This document shows positions 36,601 through 45,694 of a stretch of 64,000 bases of DNA, in pieces. Position 1 is the stretch's first letter, and every line of letters begins with the position of its first letter. The notes beneath the pieces were generated by a model. The model did no database searches and was not told the DNA's origin. It was given only the letters and a program-made list of their open reading frames with translations. Source of the DNA: an uncultured cyanobacterium (GTDB lineage Bacteria > Cyanobacteriota > Cyanobacteriia > Cyanobacteriales > Cyanobacteriaceae); assembly GCA_963749915.1 (NCBI GenBank), contig CAVVOP010000008.1, positions 832,001 to 896,000 of the forward strand, read 5' to 3'. Position numbers and translations under genes: made by a program.

Positions 36601-39600
36601 AAATTCCAGTTGATTAAAGTTAAGGTTAGTTAGAGTTAAATTTCCCTGAATATTAAGATTATTTTTACCTAGGGGATTAGTTAATAAATTTTGTGCCGTG
36701 ACAACTCCTTGAAATTTAGCATTGCCACCAAGATTCACCGATTGAGGAAGAAAACTGATACGTTGATTATTAGATAAAGAGGAAAAGAATTGATTAACAG
36801 GGATAATATTTAAGTTAGAGTCGGCCGTTATTTGCAGTTGTAAATTATTTAGGTCCGGTTGAGTCAGAATATTGACAAGATTAAATTTACCTTGGGCGTT
36901 AATAGTATTTTTTCCCGACTCGATAACCGCTGACTCAACATTAACAGGAAAAGAAACAGCCTTCTGAGAAAAAAGAGGAAGATTCCCACTAATATTTATT
37001 TGACTATTGATATTCTCTAAATCACGGAGACTGATCTTCGAGTTACCATCAAGAAAAGACAATTGTTGATTGAGACTTTCAAGGTTAAGGTTTTGGGTAT
37101 TAATTTGACTTTGCCATTGATTATTATTAACTTTCATGGTGAGATTGAAATTTCCCCCTGCTAACCCGCCTCGAAAATTTCCCGTCAGGTTGAGACTATT
37201 AATGGTGGCAAAATTATTAAAGTTAAAGGGTTGTTTTACTAATTGATATAACTCCCTTGTTTTCGCCGACAGGTTTATCTGACCGGATTTAACTTCCCCT
37301 TCAAAGGCAGGAAAGATTTGATTAACACTGAGTTGACTAACATCCGTAAAAAATTCTGTCTTTTCCTCATCAATTTTAGCGACAGTATTTAGTAAACCGT
37401 TTTCGATTCGCAGTTGACTATCAGCAGTAATGATTAAACTAGGAGGAAGATTTCTCCTTTCTTCATTGCCAATGTCGATTAATTGTACAACATCGCCAAC
37501 AATCTCAAATTGACTATTAACAATATGAGTCGTCGTCGGTAAAGAAGGGAATAACTTATTAACAGATATTTGATTAAGGTCACCGTTGATAAACAATTTA
37601 CTATTAACCAAACGAGTGTCCAACTGTAAATTACCACCATCAATAACAAGGTTAACTTTTCCCTGCCCTTCTATATTATTAAAGTTGATTTTTCCTTTCT
37701 TTTCTGCTATCTGCTGTCTACCCTCTGCCTTTCCTAATTTTCCCCTCACACTAATATCCAAGTCTTTCGCATTCATCGGCAAATTGACATTAATGGGAAG
37801 ATTCTCACAATTAGAAGGGTTTTGACAAAATTGATCGAGCAAAGGAGTTAGATTAACATTATTACTGACCGCCGAAACTTGCCAGGTTTTTTCCTTCAAG
37901 TCACCATTACCACCAACTTGGATGCGACTTTCATTAACCACTAACTCGGTGTCAAGAAGATTAACTCGATTCTTGTCGATAACTAACCTTCCCCTTGCTG
38001 AGAAGATTCCCAAATTTTCACCGTTCATATTCACCAAAGAAAAAGAAACTCTTCCTTGGGGTTGGTTAAGATTCCCTTTTATTTCTCCTGCTGCCGATAA
38101 ATTACCAATATCCACCCCAGGGGATAAAAAATTATAACTATCAATTAACTGACTCGATGGTAAATTGGCAGTGAATCGAAAATTGAAAGGAATCTTCGAA
38201 CCTTGAACGGGTTTTCCTGAGGCAAGATTTTCACGGAAATTAGTATTAATAATGCCCTGAGTAACGATTTTCCCACCCTTTGGTGGTTTAACAGCGATTT
38301 CTTTAACGGTAACTTTATCTAAATCCGCCAAAAATTGACTATTAATTTCTCCCAAATCTAATCTATCAACTCGACTATTTTTTACCTTAATTTTTCCTTG
38401 GATTTTCGGATTATCTATGTCTCCTTTGACTTGAAAATTCCCTGACAACAATCCATCAACTAAAACAGAAGACTTAATACTTAAACTCGGTAAAACTCGA
38501 CTGAGAACAACAGGGTTAAGATTCGCTGTCAGATTGTACCCTGATTTGATACCAATATCACCGTCAACAGAACCTCCTAAATCCCCTAAAGTAAAATTAG
38601 CAGTGGCAATGTTAACAAATTCTTCCTCTAGATCTAAAGATACATTTGCTGTAAAACTTTTTCCTAGGAGGGGAATCTTCCGCACTTTTTCATTATCACT
38701 AATCTTGCTACCATTGAGTTGTCCTTCTACATCCTCTAAACTAATTTTTCCCCTAATAATTGTCTCTTTAATTTTCGGCAGGGAAGAAGTCATCAACTCT
38801 AAATTACTGTTTAATCTCCCTTCCTTTATCTCGAAGGGTAAGTTAGGAATTAAATAAGCCACCTCCGGTAGATAAAGATAACGAATTTCTAGCTGATTTT
38901 TACTCTTGGTGTTGCTTAATAAGGTTTCTCCCTCAATATCAATGTGACTGTTATTGATAGTATTCTCTAGCTGATAGCTTAAGGGTTGAGTGTCATCATC
39001 ATAAAGTAACTTCAATTTTCCCTTTGTCTTTATCTCTACCGCCTTCGTTTGTGCATTGGGAGTAACGGCAATCTTCCCGTGATTTAACCGTAAATTAATT
39101 CTCGTCTCTATCGGGATCGGTAACGGCGGTAACTTGAGGGAATCTGGTAAAGGCTTTTGTTTGTCCTTCAATAATAAGGTGTCTAATTGCCCATAACCGA
39201 CGGCATCATTAACAATAACATTAACGAATAGACTGTGGCGCAAAATTATCGACAATAAATCTACACTAATTTTAACCGCATCTATTTCCAAAAAGCTTGG
39301 ATCTTCCTGGGTTGGTGGAATCGCTAAATTTTCAAAAATAACTTGATTAAAAGAAAAACTACTAACCTCGCCTAAACTAACATCTCTGTCCAGAATTTTT
39401 TCTAACTCTTCTTCCACCCTTAAAGGAATAACCGTTGTGACTAAATGCCTACCTCCAGCGTAACCACCTACAACCATAGCCGTTAACGTTACCAAAGAGA
39501 TAATTTGAGTCTGGGGTTTTTTGAGAATTCCTATTATCCTATCGGTGAAAGCCAATGGGGATTCATTATAATCCGAATCTGGTGGTTGTTGATTAGTCAT
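33607..39600 (-). CDS. tamB: Translocation/assembly module TamB (DUF490) family protein
   Basis: About 2000 aa, N-terminal TM helix, beta-taco repeats, C-terminal LSSSPNRTE..L..L motif. Confidence 0.8.
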   Translation of the reverse strand: MTNQQPPDSDYNESPLAFTDRIIGILKKPQTQIISLVTLTAMVVGGYAGGRHLVTTVIPLRVEEELEKILDRDVSLGEVSSFSFNQVIFENLAIPPTQEDPSFLEIDAVKISVDLLSIILRHSLFVNVIVNDAVGYGQLDTLLLKDKQKPLPDSLKLPPLPIPIETRINLRLNHGKIAVTPNAQTKAVEIKTKGKLKLLYDDDTQPLSYQLENTINNSHIDIEGETLLSNTKSKNQLEIRYLYLPEVAYLIPNLPFEIKEGRLNSNLELMTSSLPKIKETIIRGKISLEDVEGQLNGSKISDNEKVRKIPLLGKSFTANVSLDLEEEFVNIATANFTLGDLGGSVDGDIGIKSGYNLTANLNPVVLSRVLPSLSIKSSVLVDGLLSGNFQVKGDIDNPKIQGKIKVKNSRVDRLDLGEINSQFLADLDKVTVKEIAVKPPKGGKIVTQGIINTNFRENLASGKPVQGSKIPFNFRFTANLPSSQLIDSYNFLSPGVDIGNLSAAGEIKGNLNQPQGRVSFSLVNMNGENLGIFSARGRLVIDKNRVNLLDTELVVNESRIQVGGNGDLKEKTWQVSAVSNNVNLTPLLDQFCQNPSNCENLPINVNLPMNAKDLDISVRGKLGKAEGRQQIAEKKGKINFNNIEGQGKVNLVIDGGNLQLDTRLVNSKLFINGDLNQISVNKLFPSLPTTTHIVNSQFEIVGDVVQLIDIGNEERRNLPPSLIITADSQLRIENGLLNTVAKIDEEKTEFFTDVSQLSVNQIFPAFEGEVKSGQINLSAKTRELYQLVKQPFNFNNFATINSLNLTGNFRGGLAGGNFNLTMKVNNNQWQSQINTQNLNLESLNQQLSFLDGNSKISLRDLENINSQINISGNLPLFSQKAVSFPVNVESAVIESGKNTINAQGKFNLVNILTQPDLNNLQLQITADSNLNIIPVNQFFSSLSNNQRISFLPQSVNLGGNAKFQGVVTAQNLLTNPLGKNNLNIQGNLTLTNLNFNQLEFESSLTGKVIINPSEKIVLDLRGKEDIIAANFLKKTLSIPSVNLTIPFTPNSLEINKTGNFPFNFQGRREDNQFIASVNNFPLENLQIQPVINYGIDGKIQGNLTTNFTINLTDLTAKGDLKLDNLGIGNIIGKQFTTNFNYQNDIAQLNNGRLKFGDTIYDFQGKINLATQNIDGKVNLQGNVEDIFNTLKITDVATLTGLVKQFQNQDFFAAASSIPPQSVGKEDDSLKTKVNLLSSIDQQIRGIAKQIESGTMPNNLEITGGYQGEILLSGKLTQPEIDVNFEGNQWQWLPQQRFPNIVDGLGLIIQESQTIPIQKIFVNANFNNDNLTVKPFRLNIGNSEILFAGNLSPKSQESNFKIKDFSLDYITAFFPLPFDVESLIDLEGKLEGNLLNPEIKGKLSLNNTSIDGSIIEDKIDTNFAYKDYQLDIATIDNKNIKLNASLPYHPLVLTDKPAIINVQLNTENIRFLELLTKGQLQLTQGNISTDLTITIASLSQLFNKFNLEQIALGGNINFERARINSIALNTPLNLSGTINLLKEKQAIDVTNLQAKINDTDVNISGILPLIKPLKGNENLLTLNIPNQALQVKNIYSGKVDADITIDGTVLEPRIAGYVSLNNGNFTLFETNLPKAVKDIFSKIVNNTLPEAETIITEPENKQLWQNWFGDTSASNSRFFQPQLNNFTLKLDNTEASQRRLYRFLFGGELTLNGSVFDWQNLKAEGAINVRRGRIYLGGASPLTSLTSVSSIGQTTFFLSRTNENIITFRPEESILNPNIDIELQADIADYSRQLPNIQRNEVSDPIIRGGRAENIEVVLRIYGRLAQLFPVLSDDGYGVCRVPSSTPIAENIQLSPSQLSKVSQCINLAVLTNQQGTNLNLLNSPLVSLSSSPNRTEGELINLIVGGQLLNLATQLQQLSGEELFENGLIQFILVPLANNISFGVNEKVSTWGKPVGMKDLRLFPLVEGVYEIKDNSNVTVSYDYIYGEFKVRYQMRF

Positions 39601-39698
39601 TTCCTTACCCTCACAATATCAATTTGATTCTGATATTTTCTTTCAACTATAACTATAACAGGTTGTCAAAAATTAAAAGTTATTAATTAACCTTATAT

Positions 39699-41823
39699 CC
39701 CACATTCCGCACGTCAAACTGTATAATTTCAGATTATGAAATTAGAGACTGAAAAGTGACTATCAAAAGAAACTCTCAGTATGTTTTTTAAGTAAAAATA
39801 CTCAGTTACAAGTTAGTTCTCTAAATAATTAAGAGAACTTAGATAAATTATTATAAAACTAAGCCTATTAAAGGGATAATTAAATTAAGTTTTTAAGGGA
39901 ATTTTGATGATGATTTCCTCAGAAGAAATACAAGTTCAAACTATTAATCATTTAGGATTAATCGCTGGAATTATAGATGAAATTGGCCTTGAAAAAATTA
40001 TTAATGATGCCCTTGGGATTGACGAGAGGGAAATTGTCACAGCTGGTCAAATAGTCAAAGCAATTATACTTAATGGATTAGGATTTATTTCTCGCCCTCT
40101 TTATCTATTTCCACAGTTTTTTGAAGACAAAGCCACGGAACATTTAATCGGAAAAGGAATACTACCAGAACATTTGAATGATGATAGGATTGGGAGAATA
40201 ATGGATAAACTTTATGAGAAAGGATTATCTTCATTATTTTTAATAATAGCTTTGGCCGTAGTAAAAAAATATAAGATCAACATCGATTTTTCCCATTTGG
40301 ATTCAACTTCTTTTGCGGTAGAGGGCAAATATAGTCAAGAAAAAATTACCGGCAATTTTGTTAAAGAAAATACACAACAAGAGCTAATAAATCAAATTCC
40401 AATTAAGATAATTAGAGGTTATTCCCGTGACCATAGACCAGATTTAAAACAATTTATTCTGGATTTAATTGTAAGTAGTGATGGCGATATTCCCTTATTT
40501 TTAAGAGTAGCAGACGGCAATGAAAATGATAAAGCAATGTTCGGAAAAATAGCTTCTGAATACAAATCAATGATAGATTTTGAGACAATGATAGTGGGTG
40601 ATAGTGCTTTATATACAGAAAATAACCTCAAATTAATGAACGGAATGGAATGGTTATCAAGAGTTCCATTATCAATAAAAGATGCCCTCAATTTGGTTTC
40701 AGAATTACCATCATCTGATTTTATTCCTAGTAGTTTAGAGGGATATTCATGGTATGAAGTAAGGAATAATTACGCAGAAATTGAACAGAGATGGCTAATA
40801 GTAGAAAGTGAAAAAAGAAAAGTATCAGAGCTAGAAAAACTTAGAAAAAATATAGAGAAAGAAAAAGAAAAAACGGAAGAAAAATTGAAGAAATTGATGA
40901 AAGAAGAATTTAGCTCGTCACCAGGAGCAGAAGAAATAATATTGACACTGAATAAGACGTTAAAATATCATCAAATAACCGAGATAAAAATTAGCTGCAT
41001 TGAATTAAATAATCAAAAGAAAAAAACAAAAAAGAAAGAAGAAAAATCGGGAAAAACTTATCAAGTTACGGCTATTTTGAAATCAGATTTAACGAAAATA
41101 AACGAATCAAAAAAAAGAGCAGGAAGATTTGTGTTAGCTACAAATAGATTGGATAAAAGTAAATTTAATTCTGATGAAATTTTAATTAAGTATAAAGAGC
41201 AACAAGCCGCAGAAAGAGGTTTTAGTTTTCTGAAAGATCCATTATTTTTTGCCGATAGTGTGTTTTTAAAAACCCCAAAAAGAATCGAAACAATGGCAAT
41301 GTGTTTTTGGGGTTATGTCTGTTAGTCTATTCTTTGGGGCAAAGAGAAGTGCGTCGCTTATTAGAGGAGAGAAAAACGGGGATAAAAAATCAGCTAGGAA
41401 AACTAACGGAACGTCCAACGTTAAGATGGATATTTCAATGTTTTCAGGGGATTCATTTAGTAATAAATCAAGGAATAAAACAGATAGTAAATCTAACAAA
41501 TGAACGAAAACTAATTTTAAGTTTTTTCCCGATTTCTTGTCATAATTATTATATTTTATCTGGATAACTTATGGGATTTAAGAGTCTAAACATTCTCAAT
41601 TATAATACCATAAATAAAGAATAGAAAACTGATAGATTTGCTCTGTTTATTTATTCTCATTAAAGGTGAAGTTATTGACAATGAGATTTTAATTTGAGCA
41701 AAGTTCGCAAGTACAAAACGCGAATAAAGAAGATATTGAGTATGATTACTTATATTTTGTCCAAAATAAGTTGCTTGGTTTTAATACTTTTATCATCTTA
41801 CAAAGTGACGTGCGGAATGTGGG
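39699..41823 (+). mobile_element. IS1634-family insertion sequence
   Basis: 18-bp TIRs CCCACATTCCGCACGTCA / TGACGTGCGGAATGTGGG around the transposase; no target duplication. Confidence 0.9.
39904..41567 (+). pseudogene. IS1634 transposase with a frameshift near 41305 (real or sequencing error)
   Basis: HLGLIAGIID, HLDSTSF, GYSRDHRPDLKQ, ERGFSFLKDP; C-terminal LCLLVY..PTLRWIFQCF lies in a second frame. Confidence 0.85.
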
Positions 41824-42124
41824 TTACAGATTAACTAAATCATTTCCCAAAGAAGAAATCTATGGTTTAACCAGTCAGATACGCCGATGCTCTGTAAGTA
41901 TCAGTAGTAATATAGCTGAAGGTTACGGACGCAGAAGCACAGCTGAATATATCAGATTCTTAAACATAGCTCAGGGAAGCTGTAATGAATTGGAGACTCA
42001 ATTAATTATTGCTCAGAGAATTGGTTACTTAACGGTTGAATCTATCAGAGAGATTAACCAAGAATTATTAAGCATTACCAGAATGTTGATTAGTCTTACC
42101 AACAAACTTAAAGAAAAACTCTAA
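41824..42124 (+). pseudogene. Four-helix-bundle protein (23S rRNA IVP family), N-terminus removed by IS1634
   Basis: FPKEEIYGLTSQIRR, SNIAEGYGR, IAQGS..ELETQL; the coding match begins exactly at the IS end. Confidence 0.8.
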
Positions 42125-42186
42125 CACTACTCCCCACTCCCTACTCCCCACTCCCCATCATTATCATTAAATTAAGGAGAAAAACC

Positions 42187-42714
42187 ATGAAACTATATGA
42201 ATTAACCAGTAAATTACAGGAATTAGAGGACACTATAGAGAATCTGGAGGGTGTAGATATACCTGCTGATGTACACTTGGAATACTTAAAATTATTAGCA
42301 GAAGCAGAAGAAACAAATGATAAATTTATTGATAAAATTGATTCAATTTTATGCTTAATACAGTCGAGAAAAAGATGGTTGGAAATGAGAAAAGCAGAGG
42401 CAGAAAGACTGAACAAATTAATTAAAAAGGATGAGAAAACTATTGACTGGTTACAAGAATATCTTAAACAACATTTAGAGAAAATAGGTAAAACTAAGTT
42501 CAGAACAAATAAGTTTAATGTATCCATCAGAAAAGCTAGTATAGCTCCCTTACATTTACTCAGAGAAGATGCTAAAAGCTATCCTCAACAATACCAGAAG
42601 GTAACAATAGAAGTAGATAAAAAGGCACTTAAAGAAGCAGTAATTAATGGTGATGCAGAAGCCTTAAAGTATGCAGAACTAGGAGAAAAATCAACTTATC
42701 TATCAATTAGATAA
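42187..42714 (+). CDS. Siphovirus Gp157-family protein
   Basis: MKLYELT start, EAERL coiled coil, DKKALKEA..G; AAGGAG RBS. Confidence 0.75.
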   Translation: MKLYELTSKLQELEDTIENLEGVDIPADVHLEYLKLLAEAEETNDKFIDKIDSILCLIQSRKRWLEMRKAEAERLNKLIKKDEKTIDWLQEYLKQHLEKIGKTKFRTNKFNVSIRKASIAPLHLLREDAKSYPQQYQKVTIEVDKKALKEAVINGDAEALKYAELGEKSTYLSIR

Positions 42715-42739
42715 ACTATATGGGGCTTTAAATAGCCCT

Positions 42740-42787
42740 AGTAAAATACTAAGTAAAATACTAAGTAAAATACTAAGTAAAATACTT
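42740..42787 (+). repeat. 12-bp tandem repeat (AGTAAAATACTA)x4
   Basis: Read directly; a related inverted array lies at 55253-55280. Confidence 0.9.
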
Positions 42788-42971
42788 GGCAAAAACTATT
42801 TATTACTTGTAACGAACCGGAATATGCGAAGCGGAAGACGAGAAGGCTAGAAGGCGAGCTTTGACCTAGATTAAGGTTTAATAGAAAATATATTGTTACT
42901 TGAATAGCGATCGCTCGCTTACTGAAATAGGTTAAGATTATAAGTAATTACTTATAATCTGGAGAAGCAAG

Positions 42972-43337
42972 TTGTCAGAAACCAGTGAAATTAAATCAGT
43001 TATTTGGATGGGAGATAGTCTCGAACAAGTTAAAAAATTTCCTGATTTTGTTCGCCGTGAAATTGGTTCATCTCTGTATGATGCGCAGTGTAGAGACAAG
43101 CCATCTGATGCCAAACCTTTTAAGGGAGTTGGCAGTGGAGTGTTTGAAATTGTAACCAGATTCGATTCTGATACTTACAGAACAGTTTATGCTGTACAAA
43201 TCGGCGACTGTATTTATGTTCTTCATGCTTTTGTTAAAAAATCACCGAAAGGAATTAAAACTGCCCAAAAAGATGTGGATTTAATTAAAAAACGGTACAA
43301 ACAAGCATTAGAAAAATCTAAGGAGAAAAATCAATGA
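42972..43337 (+). CDS. RelE/ParE-superfamily toxin (Gp49/HigB-like)
   Basis: KPFKGVGSGVFEI, YRTVY, IYVLHAFVKKS; overlaps the antitoxin start. Confidence 0.85.
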   Translation: MSETSEIKSVIWMGDSLEQVKKFPDFVRREIGSSLYDAQCRDKPSDAKPFKGVGSGVFEIVTRFDSDTYRTVYAVQIGDCIYVLHAFVKKSPKGIKTAQKDVDLIKKRYKQALEKSKEKNQ

Positions 43338-43666
43338 CTGAAGAAATCATGTCCTTTGAATTTACACAAAGTAGTGGTAATGTTTTTGCTGATATGGATT
43401 TAGATGATGGAGATGAACTTCTGACTCGTGCTAAACTCGGTTTTGCTGTCCGGAAGATGTTAGAAAATCGTAATTTAAAACAACAAGAAATAGCTAATTT
43501 ACTCAATATTAAACAACCAGAAGTTTCTAATTTAATGAAAGGGAAATATCATCTATTTTCCGAAAGTCGTTTGTTTAGTTTTTTGAATAAACTAGAACAA
43601 AAAATAATGATTCAGATTACCCCTCATCATACAGGAGAACCTTTAATTGATGTTGCAATTAGATAG
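43334..43666 (+). CDS. XRE-type HTH antitoxin
   Basis: SSGNVFAD, LKQQEIA.LL.IKQPEVSNL..GK..FS. Confidence 0.85.
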   Translation: MTEEIMSFEFTQSSGNVFADMDLDDGDELLTRAKLGFAVRKMLENRNLKQQEIANLLNIKQPEVSNLMKGKYHLFSESRLFSFLNKLEQKIMIQITPHHTGEPLIDVAIR

Positions 43667-43833
43667 ATGACATAAGAAGAATAACCTATGAGTCGGCGAA
43701 AATAGAAGGTTCTTGCAACGAGGGGCAAGTGACAAACAGTTCTTCTCAATTAAATTTTTAATGTCTCTGTCTTTTACCCATATCATTTTCGATCGCGCAG
43801 CGGCAGGCAAAGCCTGGTCGCCTCTCAATTTCC

Positions 43834-43922
43834 CACTAACGTTGCCCATCACCCACCGCAGATAACCTTTGCATCAATACCGAATCACTTTCGTCGGTCG
43901 GTGTGCATGGGCGTTGTTAGCT
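43834..43922 (-). other. attC-like integron cassette recombination site
   Basis: Minus strand CTAAC..GCCCATGCAC..ACCG / CGGT..GTGATGGGC..GTTAG folds into a long hairpin with an unpaired G in the L box. Confidence 0.6.
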
Positions 43923-44066
43923 GCAATCGCTTGCTTCAAGGAATTTATAAGAATAGTGAGTTCCCCAAAATTTATCGGTGGGGTAGTAGGAGTTGAAGTG
44001 GGGAACGCACCCTACAAGATCGGCGATCTAACCTCGACGGGTTGCCCATTCGGCTCTCTTGATCGC

Positions 44067-44747
44067 TCAGGTCAGACCTTTGGTGTCATCTTCGAGTTCC
44101 TCGACCATCCACTCACCACCGACCTTATCCCACTTCTTGACCTTAGCCAGTAAGTAAGCAAAGCAGGTGTTCTCGGGAATCTGAACTTTGCTAGAAGTAG
44201 TTGATGAGGAACTGGCTCCAACGTTCAAAGTGAAGCCCGATGTTCCCAGGGGGGCGCTCACCGAAACGCTGCCGCCAGTAGTCACCCGTGACGCGAGCTC
44301 CGCCTCCATCACGATCCACACGTCGCTCACGATCCGCGCGTCTTTCCCTTCTTCCTTAAGATTATTGCGTGCGACGTCCGCATGCTTGTTAAGCAGTCTT
44401 TTCAACGCGTTGCTGGGTACGCTGAGCTTGATCAGAACCAGGTTGGCTGATTTGGCTGCGCCGCGGCTGAAGGCAACCTGACCACCGGCAGCGGTCAGGT
44501 ACTTGATCCCAACGTTCACTTCCTTGTCGGAGAAGTTGTCCCATTCAATGAGGTAGGGGCCGGATGTCGTGACGTCAACCTTTGCAAGGTTAGCCGGACT
44601 GACGGTTCCTGCAAGGTATAAGTAAGGCGCTTTGCCCAAAGGCGTCTTCTTCTCTCCAAAAGACACAAGGTTGACATCTTCGCAACCACCTCGGAAATAG
44701 CTCTTGCCGGAGTAGACAAATTTGGAGTCAGAGATTTTAACTGTCAT
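44067..44747 (-). CDS. Gasdermin-like pore-forming protein (candidate)
   Basis: By-eye similarity to the gasdermin N-domain (LSVPSNALKRLL, ARIVSDV, KVQIPENTCFAYLLAKV); GGAG RBS; GC-richer than host genes. Confidence 0.6.
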   Translation of the reverse strand: MTVKISDSKFVYSGKSYFRGGCEDVNLVSFGEKKTPLGKAPYLYLAGTVSPANLAKVDVTTSGPYLIEWDNFSDKEVNVGIKYLTAAGGQVAFSRGAAKSANLVLIKLSVPSNALKRLLNKHADVARNNLKEEGKDARIVSDVWIVMEAELASRVTTGGSVSVSAPLGTSGFTLNVGASSSSTTSSKVQIPENTCFAYLLAKVKKWDKVGGEWMVEELEDDTKGLT

Positions 44748-45069
44748 GATACTTAACGTGTCTCCATAGAATTCAGATTTTTCAATTGTGCCGGACGTAC
44801 TTCATCGTTAATCAGCACTCTCAGGATATTAACCCCATACAGGATGATATCCCGAAATTTTCTGTATATTCTGTGATAATAGCAAGAAACTTTCTGGGTA
44901 ACATGCTAAATAGTTATACTATCAAGAAATATTCTGGATATCATATTAGGTAGGTCAAAACCTCCTAAAAAATTTCTTATAAATTTGTTTTATTCAATAT
45001 AACTGAAAAACCATTACCGAGATATTTTTCTTAACATATATTTATATCTAGCTTGAAATACAGTTAAAA

Positions 45070-45306
45070 ACATAGTCTTTTTGCCTTCGGTTTATCTCAA
45101 AGGCTACTGTTTCCGACCCTAGGTCACTGCGTGGCTGGAACTGGTGAGACAATGACACGACCGCTTTTCTATTATACCCGTTCTGTGGTGCGACTAGGCA
45201 ACACCTTAATTGAAGTCGCTCCGCCGCCATAGTTTAGTTCTACTTGCCTATAGTCTTCGTAACGGCTACGCTCCATTTATTTATTTTTGCCTTGCGCACA
45301 GATCAA
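45070..45306 (-). repeat. ~235-bp structured non-coding element, copy 1
   Basis: Near-identical inverted copy at 55795-56031. Confidence 0.9.
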
Positions 45307-45369
45307 AGTTCACTGTGAAAAATGAGAACGGGTGAAAAGAAGCTGTTCTTTCGTTGGGGGTTTGTTCCC

Positions 45370-45654
45370 GTGGTTTCTTTCCGTGTTGTTTCTGGTTCTG
45401 CGTTGGCTTGTTCTGCGGTGTCTTGGTGGTTGCGTCCGGGGCGTTCTGGTGGTGGCTTCCGTCTGGTTGCCCGTTTTCCTTCCTTGGCTTTGGCTTCTTT
45501 GTTTGCTCGGCGCTGGGCTGGTGCTTGTGGTTTCTCGGCGGTGGCGGTTCGTCCTTGTCCTGCTGTTCCGGGGTGCTGGGTTGTGTCTGTTCCCGTTGTT
45601 GTTCCTGCGTCCTCGCCCGTTCGTGGGTGGGGTGCTTGGTCGGCTCTTCCCTAG
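45370..45654 (+). CDS. Adenine-free gene, 94-aa hypothetical protein (frame also open from ATG 45322)
   Basis: GGGGG-9 nt-GTG start; no A from 45342 to 45652; the sole A is in the in-frame TAG; terminator follows. Confidence 0.65.
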   Translation: MVSFRVVSGSALACSAVSWWLRPGRSGGGFRLVARFPSLALASLFARRWAGACGFSAVAVRPCPAVPGCWVVSVPVVVPASSPVRGWGAWSALP

Positions 45655-45661
45655 TGGCTCT

Positions 45662-45694
45662 GGTGGGGGTTGTTGCCCCTGCCTTCTTTTTTTT
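45662..45694 (+). terminator. Intrinsic terminator of the A-free gene
   Basis: GGTGGGGG-TTGTTG-CCCCTGCC hairpin followed by TTCTTTTTTTT. Confidence 0.7.

Noticed and set aside
166..38857. Many short antisense or overlapping ORFs in the track (e.g. 1230-1463, 8630-8977, 26726-27328, 34538-38857)
   Set aside because: Shadows of well-supported genes with no independent motifs
41824..42124. Four-helix bundle as the DGR Avd
   Set aside because: Motifs fit the generic IVP-type family, it lies 14 kb from the RT and is IS-truncated
45342..45652. A-free tract as a DGR variable repeat
   Set aside because: No matching A-containing template in the window, no CLec-type ending, and DGR mutagenesis does not remove every A including those in RBS and terminator
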